This document shows positions 34,957-48,193 of a DNA stretch of 64,000 bases, piece after piece. This stretch comes from Iphione sp. A-MEVVRFRX5 (Eukaryota): the NCBI GenBank assembly GCA_976226885.1, contig OZ320315.1, positions 25,234,001 to 25,298,000 of the forward strand, in the 5' to 3' direction. The notes under the pieces were generated by a model. That model did no database searches. It was not told where the DNA came from and saw only the letters and a list, made by a program, of their open reading frames with translations. Position 1 is the stretch's first letter. Each line of letters begins with the position of its first letter. The position numbers and the translations under genes are program-made.

Positions 34957-36187
34957 TGTAATTTAATGGCTGACTTCCTCACTTGGTGTAATCCATCTAA
35001 GGAAGTAATCCATCTAAGTCCAACTCGCTTAGTTACTCCACTATAATTCCAGTGATATTTTATCCAAGTCCTAACTCCAGGATAATTCTCTGTTAAATCT
35101 CCCACTTGGTAGATCCAGCTATGTCTAGTGCTATCCTGTCTCAGTTCCTTCACTGTAGTCCCAGTACGGTTACATCCAAGTGCCAACCCTAGGTAATCCA
35201 AGTGGGTTTGTTACATCCCCAAATCAACAAGGTCCACTAGTGAGGTCCAAGTGCAAACTGTTTTATTGGCCACACAGGGCCCATATTTATAGTCAAACTC
35301 CTGGTCGCGTGATCAATACAATGTATCAGTCATGGAATAAAAAGGCTACAACATTCCAAAGACTTTTTTTTTGTCTACCAATCATATTGCAGGTGCCTTG
35401 TCATCCAGGGTCCAAGGTGACCTTAAACATCCTATATGCCTGTGGTACCACAGGCCATTCAGCATAAATGACTGTGGTGCCCCAGGCAGTCCCAAGCTCA
35501 CCCTCCAGTACACATGCACCAAGGTCTTAGAGTTCAACAAGTACGACATAAGTGACTGTGGTGTCACAGGCAACGTTACTACTACCACCTACACAACTGT
35601 GTGGCCACAGGCAACATTACTACTAAGTCTTAGAGTTCATCAAGTGCAACACAAGTGGCTGTGGAACCACAGGCAGTATTGCTATTATGTCTTAGAGTTC
35701 GCTAAGTACAACACGAGTGGCTGTGGTGCCACAGGCGACATTACTACTAAGTCTTAGAGTTCATCAAGTGCAACACAAGTGGCTGTGGAACCACAGGCAG
35801 TATTACTATAATGTCTTAGAGTTCGCTAAGTACAACACGAGTGGCTGTGGTGCCACAGGCGACATTACTACTAAGTCTTAGAGTTCATCAAGTGCAACAC
35901 AAGTGGCTGTGGAACCACAGGCAGTATTACTATTACGTCTTAGAGTTCGCTAAGTACAACACGAGTGGCTGTGGTGCCACAGGCGACATTACTACTAAGT
36001 CTTAGAGTTCATCAAGTGCAACACAAGTGGCTGTGGAACCACAGGCACTATTACTATTACGTCTTAGAGTTCGCTAAGTACAACACGAGTGGCTGTGGTG
36101 CCACAGGCGACATTACTACTAAGTCTTAGAGTTCATCAACCATAACATACGTGGCTGCGGCGCCACAGGTAACATTGTCACATTACA
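34957..36187 (-). repeat. 5' LTR (same palindrome array in U3 at about 35520-36175)
   Basis: Partner of 24060-25274; followed by the PBS. Confidence 0.98.
35286..35291 (-). promoter_or_regulatory. LTR TATA box (TATAAA)
   Basis: tttata on +, downstream (minus sense) of the palindrome array and upstream of AATAAA at 35267-35262. Confidence 0.7.
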
Positions 36188-36600
36188 CTACCCCGGCCCT
36201 AGAGCCAAGTCGAAGTAAAAATCACCCAGAACTATGAGGTCTTCTCTATGTCTCTGGCTATATCAGTTCAGGCAGCTGCTAGGGCAGTGAGAGAGTCCAT
36301 TACAGGATCATAAGGTGGAAAGTATACCAAAATAACTGATATGGGTTGCCTCATCCCTCTTTTGAGAGTGACTCTGAGAATCTCAGTCAATGAGCTCAGA
36401 CTAGTTAGGTCCAATTTTGCTACCACCTTCAACTCTGGTTTGTGGTAGATAACAAGGCCACCACCACTCTAATCCTGTCTTTTCTAATTACACAGTAACC
36501 ACTGATCTCAATCTAATTATCAGAATGACTGGATGTAAGCCAGGTTTCAGTAAGGCAACAGATAGCAACATCATTTGCTGCAAGATAATATGCCAACTCG
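36188..36600 (-). mobile_element. Decayed LINE endonuclease remnant (continues left of 24059)
   Basis: QPISVILVY, PPYD and VLGDFYFD fragments. Confidence 0.55.
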
Positions 36601-37233
36601 GGAGTCTTCTTAGGAAGACTACTTAAGTTTTGATTCACAATGTACAATCCTCACATGGTTCAAATAAGTGCACGGTTAGGTAGTTTCCTGCATGATCACA
36701 AGTATATGTAAGGAAAGCCCAAACCACCAACCCCCCCCCCCCCCAGTCGGAAGTCTGTCACAGTCACACGTATACTAGCAAATAGGCACAGCAATAAAGT
36801 ATTACAGACATGAAAGTCACAAAGTGGTCATGGGAAGAGTTGAGATGGGTCTTTAAATTCAAATTCCAATGAATTTATTAAATCCAACTTTTGCCTTTAA
36901 CAAGGCGTTTTTGATAGTACAGATCCAGTGAAATCTATATTAACACAGAGTTGTTATACAGTGATATTGTGAAACAAGTAATAATAAGAAAAAAAAAGAA
37001 AAAAGAAAAAAATATAATGATTTGATTGAGCTTAGACAGTAGTATCAATAATCATACTTTAAGGTTGCTAGCATCTTAGCAACCACACAGAATTCAGTCT
37101 TGTTGTGTTTATCCTTTTTTCTGGGAGTAATTGATTTTGTACCATACTGCAAGTACTACATAATTGAAAGTATCTTCTCCCGGCAACTGAGTCAACTAAA
37201 TATTTATAGTGTAGCTCTTTACTATTATTAATC

Positions 37234-37591
37234 TTGAGTGATTTAGAGTACTTGGTGTGTAAGGATCTCACTGCAAAACTGCAAATCCCAAATGACCACA
37301 AACCTGTGCAAGAAGTTCAAGATCAATCGATTAGAGGACCTTATTCACGTCAAAGGCCTTGCGACTATTCACGCACAGGTTGTCCTGGGTCTCCTAACCC
37401 TAGACAAGAAGACAGCAACAAGATCCGGTGAGGAAACCTGCATCACACTAACAAGGCCAAGGACCTGCACCTTTGGTTCCTCTCTGTGCTATAGGGGAGC
37501 ACACCTCTGGAATGGACTCCCAGTTCTCCTTAAGGAGTCCACTAAGCTCATGAAGCACATGAAGGAAGTGATTCGTCTGATGAGAACCTAA
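37234..37591 (+). mobile_element. 5'-truncated LINE ORF2 C-terminal fragment
   Basis: LTRPRTCTFGSSLCYRGAHLWNGLP is a typical CR1/L2 C-terminal motif. Confidence 0.75.
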
Positions 37592-37843
37592 AGGCTATCT
37601 CACCAGGGCTGTCAATTTGAGATCGGGTTCACCCAAAGAGCCGCCGTTACAAATGTTACTCATGTCCAGTGGTAGCCCAGTTCATAATAGTTCACAATAC
37701 TGTCTATAGCCTGTTTCTCCTACTACTGCACTAATTACTCACTACTAGTCATGCTGATACAAATCTGAGCTACCTAACACATGATCTTCCAAAATGTCTA
37801 GCCCTCTCTCCTATGTGTCTTTTCTTGACCTGGCAGCAGTGGA

Positions 37844-38290
37844 ATGAATACTACTAGTCAATTCGTAGCCATCAGTGTAGGACTCATTAGTATTGCCCAT
37901 ATGAAAAAACTCATGTCTAGCCATATTGTTGCAGCTATCCAGCTAAGGATATTTATGTGTCCCCGTGGTGTCAGGTTCACCATCACAACATGTTTTGGTA
38001 GCTCGTACAGAGACTACAACTTATGTCGTTCGCACTTCAGAGTTAGGCGTAGCAGCCATATAATATTGCAACGAATAATCAATGGATGCGTGCTAAATCT
38101 GAACATCATAAGGAAAATTAATCAACACAATGGCAGTGCTACAATTCCAATTGGTACACTAATCCACACCTGTGAGAATAACAGATATAGACATCGGTAT
38201 AACAGACTAGACGACGGGTGCCATCTATCAAGTAGGTATCAATGCAGAATGGCAATGTTAATAAAGACGTACATAAATACTTGTTGTTAG
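37844..38290 (+). pseudogene. SGNH/GDSL esterase C-terminal remnant
   Basis: RHRYNRLDDGCHL (DxxH block V) aligns with RHRLLRLRDGTHL in 50268-50759. Confidence 0.65.
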
Positions 38291-38565
38291 CACTGCCAGA
38301 GATAACCTGTTGCAGATGTCTAATATGTCGGGTGGTCATTTGTACGGTGCCTATGTATGTATATAAAGATATTTATAATATTTGTTAATCTGCTGATATT
38401 TGTTGATTTTTCGATCCGGACGGCACATATGACGATTATCATTCTAGCTTTCATGTTTAAAACTTGTTTATATTTCTTTTATTTTTTTATGTTAAAGGCT
38501 TTTCAGCCGGTTATTTATCATCTCATTATTTGCTGGTGTAGTAAAGAGAATGTTACATATACCTT

Positions 38566-41364
38566 ATGACCATACGGCTAGCCCATGTTAATGCTCCCAG
38601 TCTTCTTAAACATCTTGCTGAAGTTGAATTACTGCTATCTAACAATGCGTTTGATATAATAATAATAACAGAGACATGGTTAAGTCCATGTGTCCCAGAC
38701 TCTGCCATAGCAATTGACCAATATACCTCATATAGGAAAGATAGGGACAGTACTGTTTTCAAATCGGGTGGTGGAGTCCTTATGTATATCAAAAATGATC
38801 TGACTGAGTACATATCACAATATGATACTAAACTTAACAAAGATGGTGGTCATTACTTAATAGCCCTACAGTTTAAGGACCAAAAGAACTGTTTTCTGAT
38901 AATTGGCTGTTACAGACCACCTCGAGGATCCTTAGCTATATGCCTTGATGACGTACTATCTGCTGTGCAAGTGAAAAGAACTCCAAAAATTAAGGATTTT
39001 ATCTTAATAGGTGATTTAAATGTGGATATGAAGTCCGCCACATCGATAGGTAGAAATAGTACAGATGATTTTTTGATAGAGACCCACAGCACTCAGTACG
39101 TCAAGGAAGCAACCCGTATTACCAGTTTGAGTAGTACAACGATTGATGTAATCATAAGTAACAAAGGGGAAAAGATCCACAACGTACGAGTTCTGCCCAC
39201 TACATTTAGCGACCACTGTACCATTGAGTGTAGTGTTAGGACCTCATACAGGGATAGAAGGGTAGTTAATAGAAGATGGGTGAGGAAATGCCTGAGGCAG
39301 GACAAGCCGGAGTTCTTCATTGAAGCAAAAAAGGGCATAGGAGATATTTGCAGATATAACCTGAACCTAACTCTTAAATGGAAATACATTCAAGCTTTCC
39401 TTGAAAATCTATTTAACATGCATTACCCAAAAAGAGAAGTAAGAGTCAGAGGGAATATAAATCCCTGGATGACTGATGAGTGTCTTAATGCAATCAGAGC
39501 ACGTAATGCTATGTTTAAGATTGCCAGGGGCAGTGGTCGGCCTGAGGATTGGTCTAATTTCAGGAAACAGAAGGCGCAGGTAAACAAGTTATTGAGGGTG
39601 GCTAAGCGTAATTATATCATTAATGAAGCAATAGCACATCGTAAGGATGGACGTAAGTACTGGGCCCACCTGAAGAACTCACTCGGACTGGGTAGAAGAA
39701 ATGCTGACACAATTGTCCTAAACCATGACGGAAGTCAGGTGTTGGGTAGGGAAGTACCGGAGTTAATCAATACCTTCTTTTTGGGGATAGGCCAGAAGAT
39801 TGCAGCCATAACTAGGAAATATAATCCTGTACCAATCCCTACCGTGGACATAGGTCATGAGTTACAGTCGTTCGTAATAACAGATGAAGATGTTATAAAG
39901 GTATTAAAGGTGATCAACATCACAAAAAAATCCCAGATAGGTGATCTACCAACCTGGGTAGTAAAGAGAATTTTGATAGACAGTCATACCTTATGTGCTG
40001 ACTTATTTAGGTAGAGTGTTGAGACATGTTGTATCCCTGCTGAGTGGAAGCTGACATATGTCAAGCCATTGTGGAAGGGAGGTAAGCGTGACAGTATTGA
40101 AAACTATAGGCCAATCAGCCTGGTGAGTGTTATAAGCAAATGTCTAGAAAAGGTGATATTTGAGAAAATTATGGCATTTCTAGTAGACACAGACCGACTT
40201 AGTCCAAAACAACATGGTTTCAGGGCCTCATGCTCCACCGAGTCGGCCATAGCAGAGGTCACAAATAACCTACATCGGTCTTTGAACAAGGGGTCCTATG
40301 TGGCAGGACTATTTATAGATTTCAGGAAGGCTTTCGACTCGGTGGATCATGGGGTACTGACCAAAAAGATGAGTAATTTGGGTATTAGGGGTAAATGTTT
40401 AAGTTGGCTGAATGCGTATCTAACTGGTCGGGAACAAATAGAGTGTTGTAATAATGAGCAATCAGGAAAAGGTTTGATAACCTGTGGGGTACCTCAGGGG
40501 TCCGTCTTAGGACCCCTGATGTTCCTCATGTTCATAAATGATTCGCCAAACATCATAACGGAAGGGCTCTGTACTCTATATGCCGACGATGTTGCAATTG
40601 TCATAGAGGATAATTCCGTCCCAAGTCTAATTGAAAAGATACAACGAGTTGGTCAAAAACTGTGGACATGGTGTCTACAATCGAAAATGATGATAAATTA
40701 TGCCAAGACAAAATGTGTTGCATTTACCTATGGAAGGAAACCTTTTTTAGATGCTGGGTTGACAATAAGTTTGTCTCATCAAGAAATTGAAGTAGTAAGT
40801 GAAGTCAAATATCTAGGGATATGGCTAGATTACAAACTATCCATGACTACTACAAACATCAGCACTCTAAAGAAGGTTTATCCCAAGTATAACTATTTTG
40901 TGAAAATTAGGAAATATTTATCGACAATTGATGCAATACATCTTGCAAGGTCAATGATACAACCTGGTACTGAATATGCAACTATCGTGAACACTAATGT
41001 CAACTCCAGGTCATTTGTAAAATTGATGAGAGTAAGAAAGTGTATAGTAAATGCTGCCTTTGGATGGAGAAATTACACAATGGATGACATAAAAAAGGAT
41101 TATATAACAAGAAGAAACTGTCGGCTCTTGATCCTAGGATATGACAAGGCTAAATGGTTACAGAGAGCTGCGTATACGCGGCAACGAAACCGGAAACATA
41201 TTGAAGTACCCAGGCCTAAAAGAGAGGGATACCGTAGATCCATTGAGTATCAGTGCTCCATCTTATGGCAGACATTAAGTGATCAGAAAAGAAAGTTGAA
41301 AAGAAAGTTTTCAAGGACACTGTCCATGGTCTTGGTCGAAATTATCGTCTGTCATTTAAGGTAG
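38566..41364 (+). pseudogene. LINE ORF2 (APE endonuclease and RT) with one in-frame stop at 40012-40014
   Basis: HVNAPSL, ITETWL, GGGVLMY, YRPP, GDLN, SDH; NYRPISL, QHGFR, DFRKAFD, GVPQGSVLGP, YADD, YLGIWLD. Confidence 0.97.
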
Positions 41365-42040
41365 GTTGAAATGAAAAAAAAATAGAATTAATTAAAATGT
41401 GATCCAAAAAGACCACAAGATACCGTGTCCCACCTGTTAGATTCACGATACCACTACCAAGACTGCAAGCTTTGAATCCTATGAGTATTAGGATTAATCT
41501 GAACTGACTAAAAGCAAAATGTGTATGGAGCTAAGCTGCCACACATTTCAAGCGCACATTGGGCTTAGCTGCTGTGCGCGGTGTAACTGGTACACATGGC
41601 ATTTGATCTCATTTTTCTTTCATATCATATAATGTGTTCTCATTGTAAAGATGAAAGTGACTGGATAGACATACATTGAATGTATTTTAAGATTATCCAG
41701 AGGAAATAAAGATGTAAAAAAAAATGTGTGGCTAATATAGAGCAACTATTCTTGCCTGGATGATGTCTGCCACCTACTCTTAACTTGTATGTGGTGACTT
41801 CTTGACCAGCATTGTGCATGCTCTCGAAATAAGAATCAGTTGTACTTGTATGTGATATACCAGAGTATTTGTACTTTGTAACTACTGCCTTTCAATTGGA
41901 TGCTGAATAAAACACCTATATTATTGTGTCCTTATCACCCTTCTTTGTTTAATGTTCGTCAATTTCCTTTGTTCTACAAATGAAAGCTTTGTATTGCACC
42001 GAAGGTTGTTGGAATAAAAATCTTAAATCTTAAATCTTAA

Positions 42041-42480
42041 CATTTTGTTCTTGGCATTTTTCCTGCAGTTGCCTAGCTGCAAAAAATCATGTCTCCATCC
42101 TTTTGGAAGCCACATTGGCTTTCAGGTAGGAGGCCTTACTCAAGATGCATGACTAGGTGATTGATGATGACTCTGGCAAGAATTTTCCTTGCAATTCACA
42201 CAAAAGAAATGCATCTGTTGTTGTTCCAAGATTGATGGTTTCCTTTCCTTTTGTAGAGATGAATGATGTTAGCATCCTTGAACTCTTCGGGTATGATGGC
42301 CTTGTCCAAGATGTTTTGTAGGAGTGATGTTAGCTTCTCAAGTAGAATTGGACCTCCATGCTTATACACTTCAGCTGGAATGGCACCCCTTCCTAGTGTC
42401 TTTCCACTTGATAGCTGCTTGATGGCCTTTTCTTTCTTGTTGAAGAGGAAACCATGTTTAGGTCTTTGTTGATTGGTACC
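42041..42480 (-). mobile_element. RTE-clade LINE RT fragment
   Basis: Manual translation gives KAIKQLSSGK, AIPAEVYKHGG, IPEEFKDANIIHLYKRKGN, KILARVIINHL and FAARQLQEKCQEQN. Confidence 0.88.
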
Positions 42481-43451
42481 TGCATAAAAGGCTCATTAGC
42501 TTCATTGTTAATCTGGGAAGGTCAGTTTAGAACATTATCAAAGCGTTCATCCCAATGTAAAAGAATCTTTCCCCAATCTGTCAGTAATACATCTCCCTCT
42601 TCAGAAAGAATTGGGCTTGCACTGGATGACTGTGGCCTATATACTGTTCTCAGTCTGCATAGAAGTTTTTCATGTCATGTCTTTTTGCAAATCCTTGAAC
42701 CTCCTGGACCTAATTACATAACCACTGATTACTAATCCCTTAGACAAAGTCTGATATGATGCATGCATCCCAGTTGAATGCAATGCTAGCCAGTACCTCA
42801 GAAAAGTCTTTTATAAATGTTTGTATTATGCCTGTTGGACATCTGCATAGTTTACAAATATAGTTTGTATTATACTGACTGCTTTAAATGATAAAGTAGT
42901 ACATTCGATATCATCTCAAACAATGTTGAGTGGGTTATTGTTGGCTACTTTAATTCATTGATGATGTACTTATGTAACCCACCTCCTGCATTGCTTGAAA
43001 TTTATGGCATCTCTATCCTGCCAAGCAACAACATCAATTCATCCATTATATTTGAATTGTCAACATAAAAACAATGAATGTATCACAGTCTGACTACAAT
43101 TGCAGACTCATTACCTTTAAAATCTAAGGCTAAAAATGTCAGACAAAGTTGAGTTTAACACGTCCTCACCTTCTTTTACCAGAAATATAATTCCATGCAA
43201 CTTGATAATCAAAGGTATGTATAGAAATATAACACATGTTCTCTTAGATGCAGTGAAGTATTTTTTCACCAAAAATGTTATGCGTCATGTTGGTTATACA
43301 ACCCAACATACAATTTTTTAAATCAGTCTTTAGATATGTCCCTGGTATCTATGAATGTGGGGTTCAATCCAGAGACAAATAACTCTGTTTATGTCATTGG
43401 TTTTATAGCATAACAGAGACAGGTCATTGTTTCAACTGGTTTTTGCATATA

Positions 43452-43626
43452 CAGTAGAGTCTCTATTTGCGACCACACCAATTTCCATTCTTACTATTAC
43501 GGCCAGTACAGCCTGGAACAAAAGTTTGGTTTCCTACATTTAACAATACTCTATTTACAACCAAATTCACCATTATGACCAGTTAAGCTTGGTACCAAGG
43601 GGTGGTCGTAAATAGGGATTCAACTG
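43452..43626. mobile_element. Tc1/mariner-pogo-type MITE with TA target-site duplication
   Basis: TIR cagtagagtctctatttgcgaccac versus reverse complement cagttgaatccctatttacgaccac; TA on both flanks. Confidence 0.85.
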
Positions 43627-44791
43627 TACATAGTTTGAGTATTTTTCACCAGCATTTAAAACCCACAGAGTTTTCATCATGACACAACTTACTAATAAAA
43701 ACCCACCAACATTAAAATCTTATGAGTAGTCATTTCCATTTATTTGGCTTTGACCAGATTAACATTTCTTACATGCATATTGTAACAAAGTGTGTTGAAT
43801 GATATTATGGGACAATTCACATAACAGTTGGGAAGTGGTATGTTACAATAGGATAATGCCCTATCCTTAAGATACAGTTATGCTGCTATTACTAATTATT
43901 CTTTAATGGAGAGAGAGTTTCTTCTACAATGTACTGATATCAGTATATAAGCCTTGTCTGTGTGGAGAGCCATAGATAGTGTAACGTGTCAATGTCTGGA
44001 TGAGCTCTGGTTGTATTGTATTGTATTGTATTGTTCTTTATTAATCATTCTCCGTGCACAGAGTTCTCCATTAGTAATAGGGTGCATACAAACAACCGGT
44101 AAGTGCAAAAAAGAAAAGACAGATTCATATATGAGATACTTATTCAATTGTAAAAGTCATCTTTCTGTTGTCACAGATGAAATCTGCTAGTTTAAACAAA
44201 AGTTACAACATCACAGACAAACAAAGACAAATAAATGCTCGATTATTACAGTAGAAAAAAGGTCGCCCTTCGCACAGTTGATTCAATAAAATTTGTCTCC
44301 AGAAACTTGCAGCTGTTGGATTATTTCTTTAAGGTTTCAATGTCAAGAGAAGATTAAAGTTTAAATACCACCAAAGTCCAAATATCCTGAGATCTGTTTA
44401 AAAAAACATTTTGCAACATCGAGGATAAATATGTTGCTTTTTGGCAATCAACATGGAGCAACAATAACTAGGTACTAGTTAACCTCACGACTGAGGATAG
44501 TTGTACCAAAAAGTCAGTTGCGCATTTTGTAGTTGTGAAATTTACAATCAAAATTAGCATATATGCATAGTCGACAGCCTAAACATGCTGGGATATGTAG
44601 TAGGTGTAGTATAGATAGGTTTATCGAAACATGGTCATGCAACACAAATACAACCTTCTTGGCAGACATGTCACCTTCATATTGCTATGCACTTATAGAT
44701 TAGATAAAAAGGGGAAAGGGTGGGATTCATTGGTTGCAGCATCACTGAATTTTGCCAGCATGAAAGTTAGCTCCCAAAGGGCACCTCCGCC

Positions 44792-45200
44792 TCACTGATC
44801 AATGACTGATCTGGTTAGCCTCTTCAGTGTCTTCATGGCCATCGAAAGGTTATTCCATTTGCAGATTCCCTTGTAGGTAAGTGATCTAGCAAACAGAGCA
44901 GATTTTGGGCAGGCCACCTTACCTCTCATGCCGCCTCCTTTGCAGGTTACAGAGGTTGCCTCCATGGCTAGAAGCCCTTGGCGATACTGGTTGTGTATGG
45001 CCATTTATCCCCGGTACTCTACCATTTCGGCCACTCTCTCAATGCCATAGCGTCTATGGAGACCGCAGGCCAAAATAAAATCTCGTGTCTGCAAAGCAGC
45101 CCGACAGCACCTGTTGAGATGAACTTGGATTCTTACCAAGTCGGTTGCCAAAGGTGAAATAAACTGACAAAGATAAAGAATCTGATTCCCTCCAATTACA
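44792..45200 (-). mobile_element. 5'-truncated LINE C-terminal fragment
   Basis: LVRIQVHLNRCCRAAL and PKSALFARSLTYKGICKWNNL. Confidence 0.65.
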
Positions 45201-46494
45201 CTAAATAGTTGTGCATGGGGTGATCTTTCTTGTACATGCAGACTTTTTGGAGGATTGGTGAGATTATTGATTGCTCTGGCATGGGGAATCAAGCAATCTG
45301 TAATTGGCTTGCCATTACTCTTATGTACCCCCCTAGGGCATTCACACATCTGGGCTTAGCAGTCACCTCTGAAATAAAGCCAGACATTAACTCATCATGG
45401 ATTTTTTACATCGATCTGGTGGCAGAGCTCTTCATCTAAAATTAAATTTTAACTTTCACTGAAATCTGAAGTGTCACACCCCTCATCCATGATATCAAAA
45501 CATTTACAAGTGCCTTTCAACAAAATACAAGAGAGAGTCATCTGAAAAATATATTAAATTTCTACAAGGCTTCAGTCAGCACTCCATCACACCTATCAAA
45601 TAGATGCATTTACATGTCCCACACATACAGTTTATATAAATAGGCAACATCTTCTCAGAATTGTACTTTCTCACATACAATTCACCATTATCATTATCAG
45701 AAGAAGGGTACACCACAAAACCCTACAACACCTCCCTTGTCAGGAGAACGATCTCTTCTGAGTGCTGCCCATCAACAATGTCATCACACTCATAGTCTAT
45801 GCAAGTTAAGTGCAACTTCCCCTCATGGACAGGTATGGGATGTAGACGCATCTCCGATCGGGCTGATTTAATGCAGAAGAGACATTAGACCCATAGATTA
45901 CCATTATAATAAAATGCCTGGATTGTAGACAGTGTATTTTTGGAAGCATCCCCCTACAGGCAGCCATTGTCGCATGAATTTGGGGCTGCAGAGAGGCCTT
46001 AGAAGTAATTTTCACACATTTCCCTTGGTATCTCCCTATAGACAATGTGTTTTAGTGTGAATTTGGGGATCTAGGGAAGCCTCAGAAGTAATTTTCAAAG
46101 GTAGATGTGAATAACCCCTGTAGAAGAAATGCTGGTTCAAGCATCAAATTTAGTACTTTTTGGACTTTTAGTCATAAAATTTAGCACTTTTAAGACTCTA
46201 AATCATCAAATCCAGTACTTTTTAGACTTTTAGTCCTCAAATTCAGCACTCATTGGACTCCTACTCATCATTTTCTACTAATGATATCCAATCCAGCAAC
46301 AAGGATGCTTTGAAGCAGAACCAAGGGTGTCTGCAATTGGGAAGCTCAACTGTATCGGTAAAAGTCTGAAATCAATTTTCCTTCTCACACCCTTCAGTGA
46401 AAATGTCAGCCTTGTAATTAAAGGCATCATCATCAACATAAGTTGACTCACATTCATTGTCCTGAGTAATGTCCCTGTCTTCTCTATCAGTTAG

Positions 46495-47300
46495 TCAGTC
46501 CTTCAATGACGTTACTTTGGTTTTCGCTGTATATCCACATGTGGATTTACCCTGAAAACAATATGAAGGCTGATGTCCCATCTTGAGGAAAGTGATGCAG
46601 GCATTATGAAAGCAGCAGCTGTTGTCATCACAACCACCGTTGTTGTACTTAAGACAAATAGCAGACTGTTTCCTGGATTTCTTCTTAGAATTCCTTTGTT
46701 TCACCACCCCCACTGTTGCATCCAAGCTCAGGATACGATTCATATTAATGGTGTCTCAAAAGCTGAAAGTACCCAGACCTTTATCTCTTGCCTTTCCAAT
46801 CATTTCCCAGTTGTAGGAAATGAGGGCCTGATTTGTATGGATCCTTGTTGATGCACAATTAGCCATAAAGGATATATGCTCAACATTCCACAAGCCATCC
46901 TTCTTACTGGCTATAAGACTTCTCAGAAGGCCCTTGGGTTCCTCCATTAGATCCTCCAATCTCTCAATAGTGGCTTCACTAAGCCTGAGATCGTAAGCTT
47001 TTTATGGCCTTTACCATTCTTGAGCCTTCTCCTCTTAACTTCTCAGCTGCCCCCATCATTAGAATCAGTAGATGAGTCTTCCTCATGCAAGATTGACAAG
47101 CAGCTACTAGCATCAGAGGCCTTCTTCTTTTCATTTTTCCCATTGCTGGACAATAGTGGCTTCCAGCATGGTCACAATCCTTGTGAAGCCCTTCTTGATG
47201 TGAACATCTGCTGTATTATTCTTGAAAGCCTCTTCATAACCATTGTGTGAGGTCTCAGATTGCAGCCTGCAATTCTTCTCAACAAGGGCAATGTGTTTCA
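46495..47300 (-). pseudogene. Decayed DIRS-type ORF1 (gag-like) remnant
   Basis: ICLKYNNGGCDDNSCCFHNACITFLKMGHQPSYC resembles the DIRS ORF1 Cys/His finger; upstream acidic/basic low-complexity remnants. Confidence 0.55.
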
Positions 47301-48193
47301 TAGAACACCTCTTGCATTATTTCTTATTAAAGATGACTAAGCTCAACAAGATACATCTTGGCTCTGCAAAAGTAAAATATAGTGTAATGTTATGAAACAA
47401 TGATGCATAGTATTCATATTGATTAGCATCCAACAGTTGCTAGGTGATATTATAACATATATATAATGCTTATATGGACATAATATATACTACTCACAGT
47501 GGTGAACTGTCCATTACTAAACTGTATTTGTCTAAGGCAGGTATCATATACTAAAGAATTATACAGACCACACTCACATACCTAGAAAGGAACTATCGGT
47601 TTAGGTACCATACACCTGGGACTGGTTACTGCACCATAATTAAGTAAAGAACGATCTTAAAATCTAATCTATCCTATAGGGTAAGATTAAACTCACTTAA
47701 GCATGGTACGGTGTTATTCAGGAACAAGCCCCTGCTTATCAATGGACGTATCACTTAATTTCTAGAACTAATCACCAGATAGTACTGCAACAATGAAAAT
47801 GGCATTATGTATCTTCTTTGGTGATGTAAAAAGATCACTGTTCCATTAACTATGCTGATTGAATGTTTACAGTTCTCTTGCTTACAGAAATGCACCTGGG
47901 ATGATCAAAAGTTGACCATGAATAGCTGACACCAATATCTATTTGCATAGGAGGAGAGGTTTGAGTTTAGTGACAATCAATTATGGAATCTCAACAATAT
48001 GGACTCCTGCAGGTAGAGACGTGCTGGTCGGGTCGAGGAGGCGAGTTTGGTTTTATTGAGTGTATTCAATGCTGACCGTGTATTGAAATAGATTTAAAAA
48101 GGTGTATAGCGTGGTTGTGCACATACCTATAGTAGGTTTTGGATGTAGTACTGTATATTTATAGCATTATCTCGATGAAAAATACCCGACTGA

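Larger units (their letters stand above)
24060..36187 (-). mobile_element. Full-length young Ty3/Gypsy LTR retrotransposon (12128 bp) with accessory genes
   Basis: TG...CA LTRs of 1215 and 1231 bp; CTAC TSD at 24056-24059 and 36188-36191; PBS and PPT; gag-pro-pol. Confidence 0.98.
37800..42040 (+). mobile_element. CR1/L2-like LINE (SGNH esterase ORF remnant, APE-RT ORF2, 3' UTR, AATCTTA tail)
   Basis: AATAAA at 42013 followed by (AATCTTA)3; ORF2 is nearly intact; 5' end is approximate. Confidence 0.93.

Noticed and set aside
30711-34966. Multiple + strand ORFs opposite gag and pol
   Set aside because: Shadow ORFs of GC-rich coding sequence with no promoter, splice or domain evidence.
45400-46050. 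Possible DIRS RT remnant downstream of the gag-like finger
   Set aside because: Only vague motif traces; too degraded to call without a profile search.
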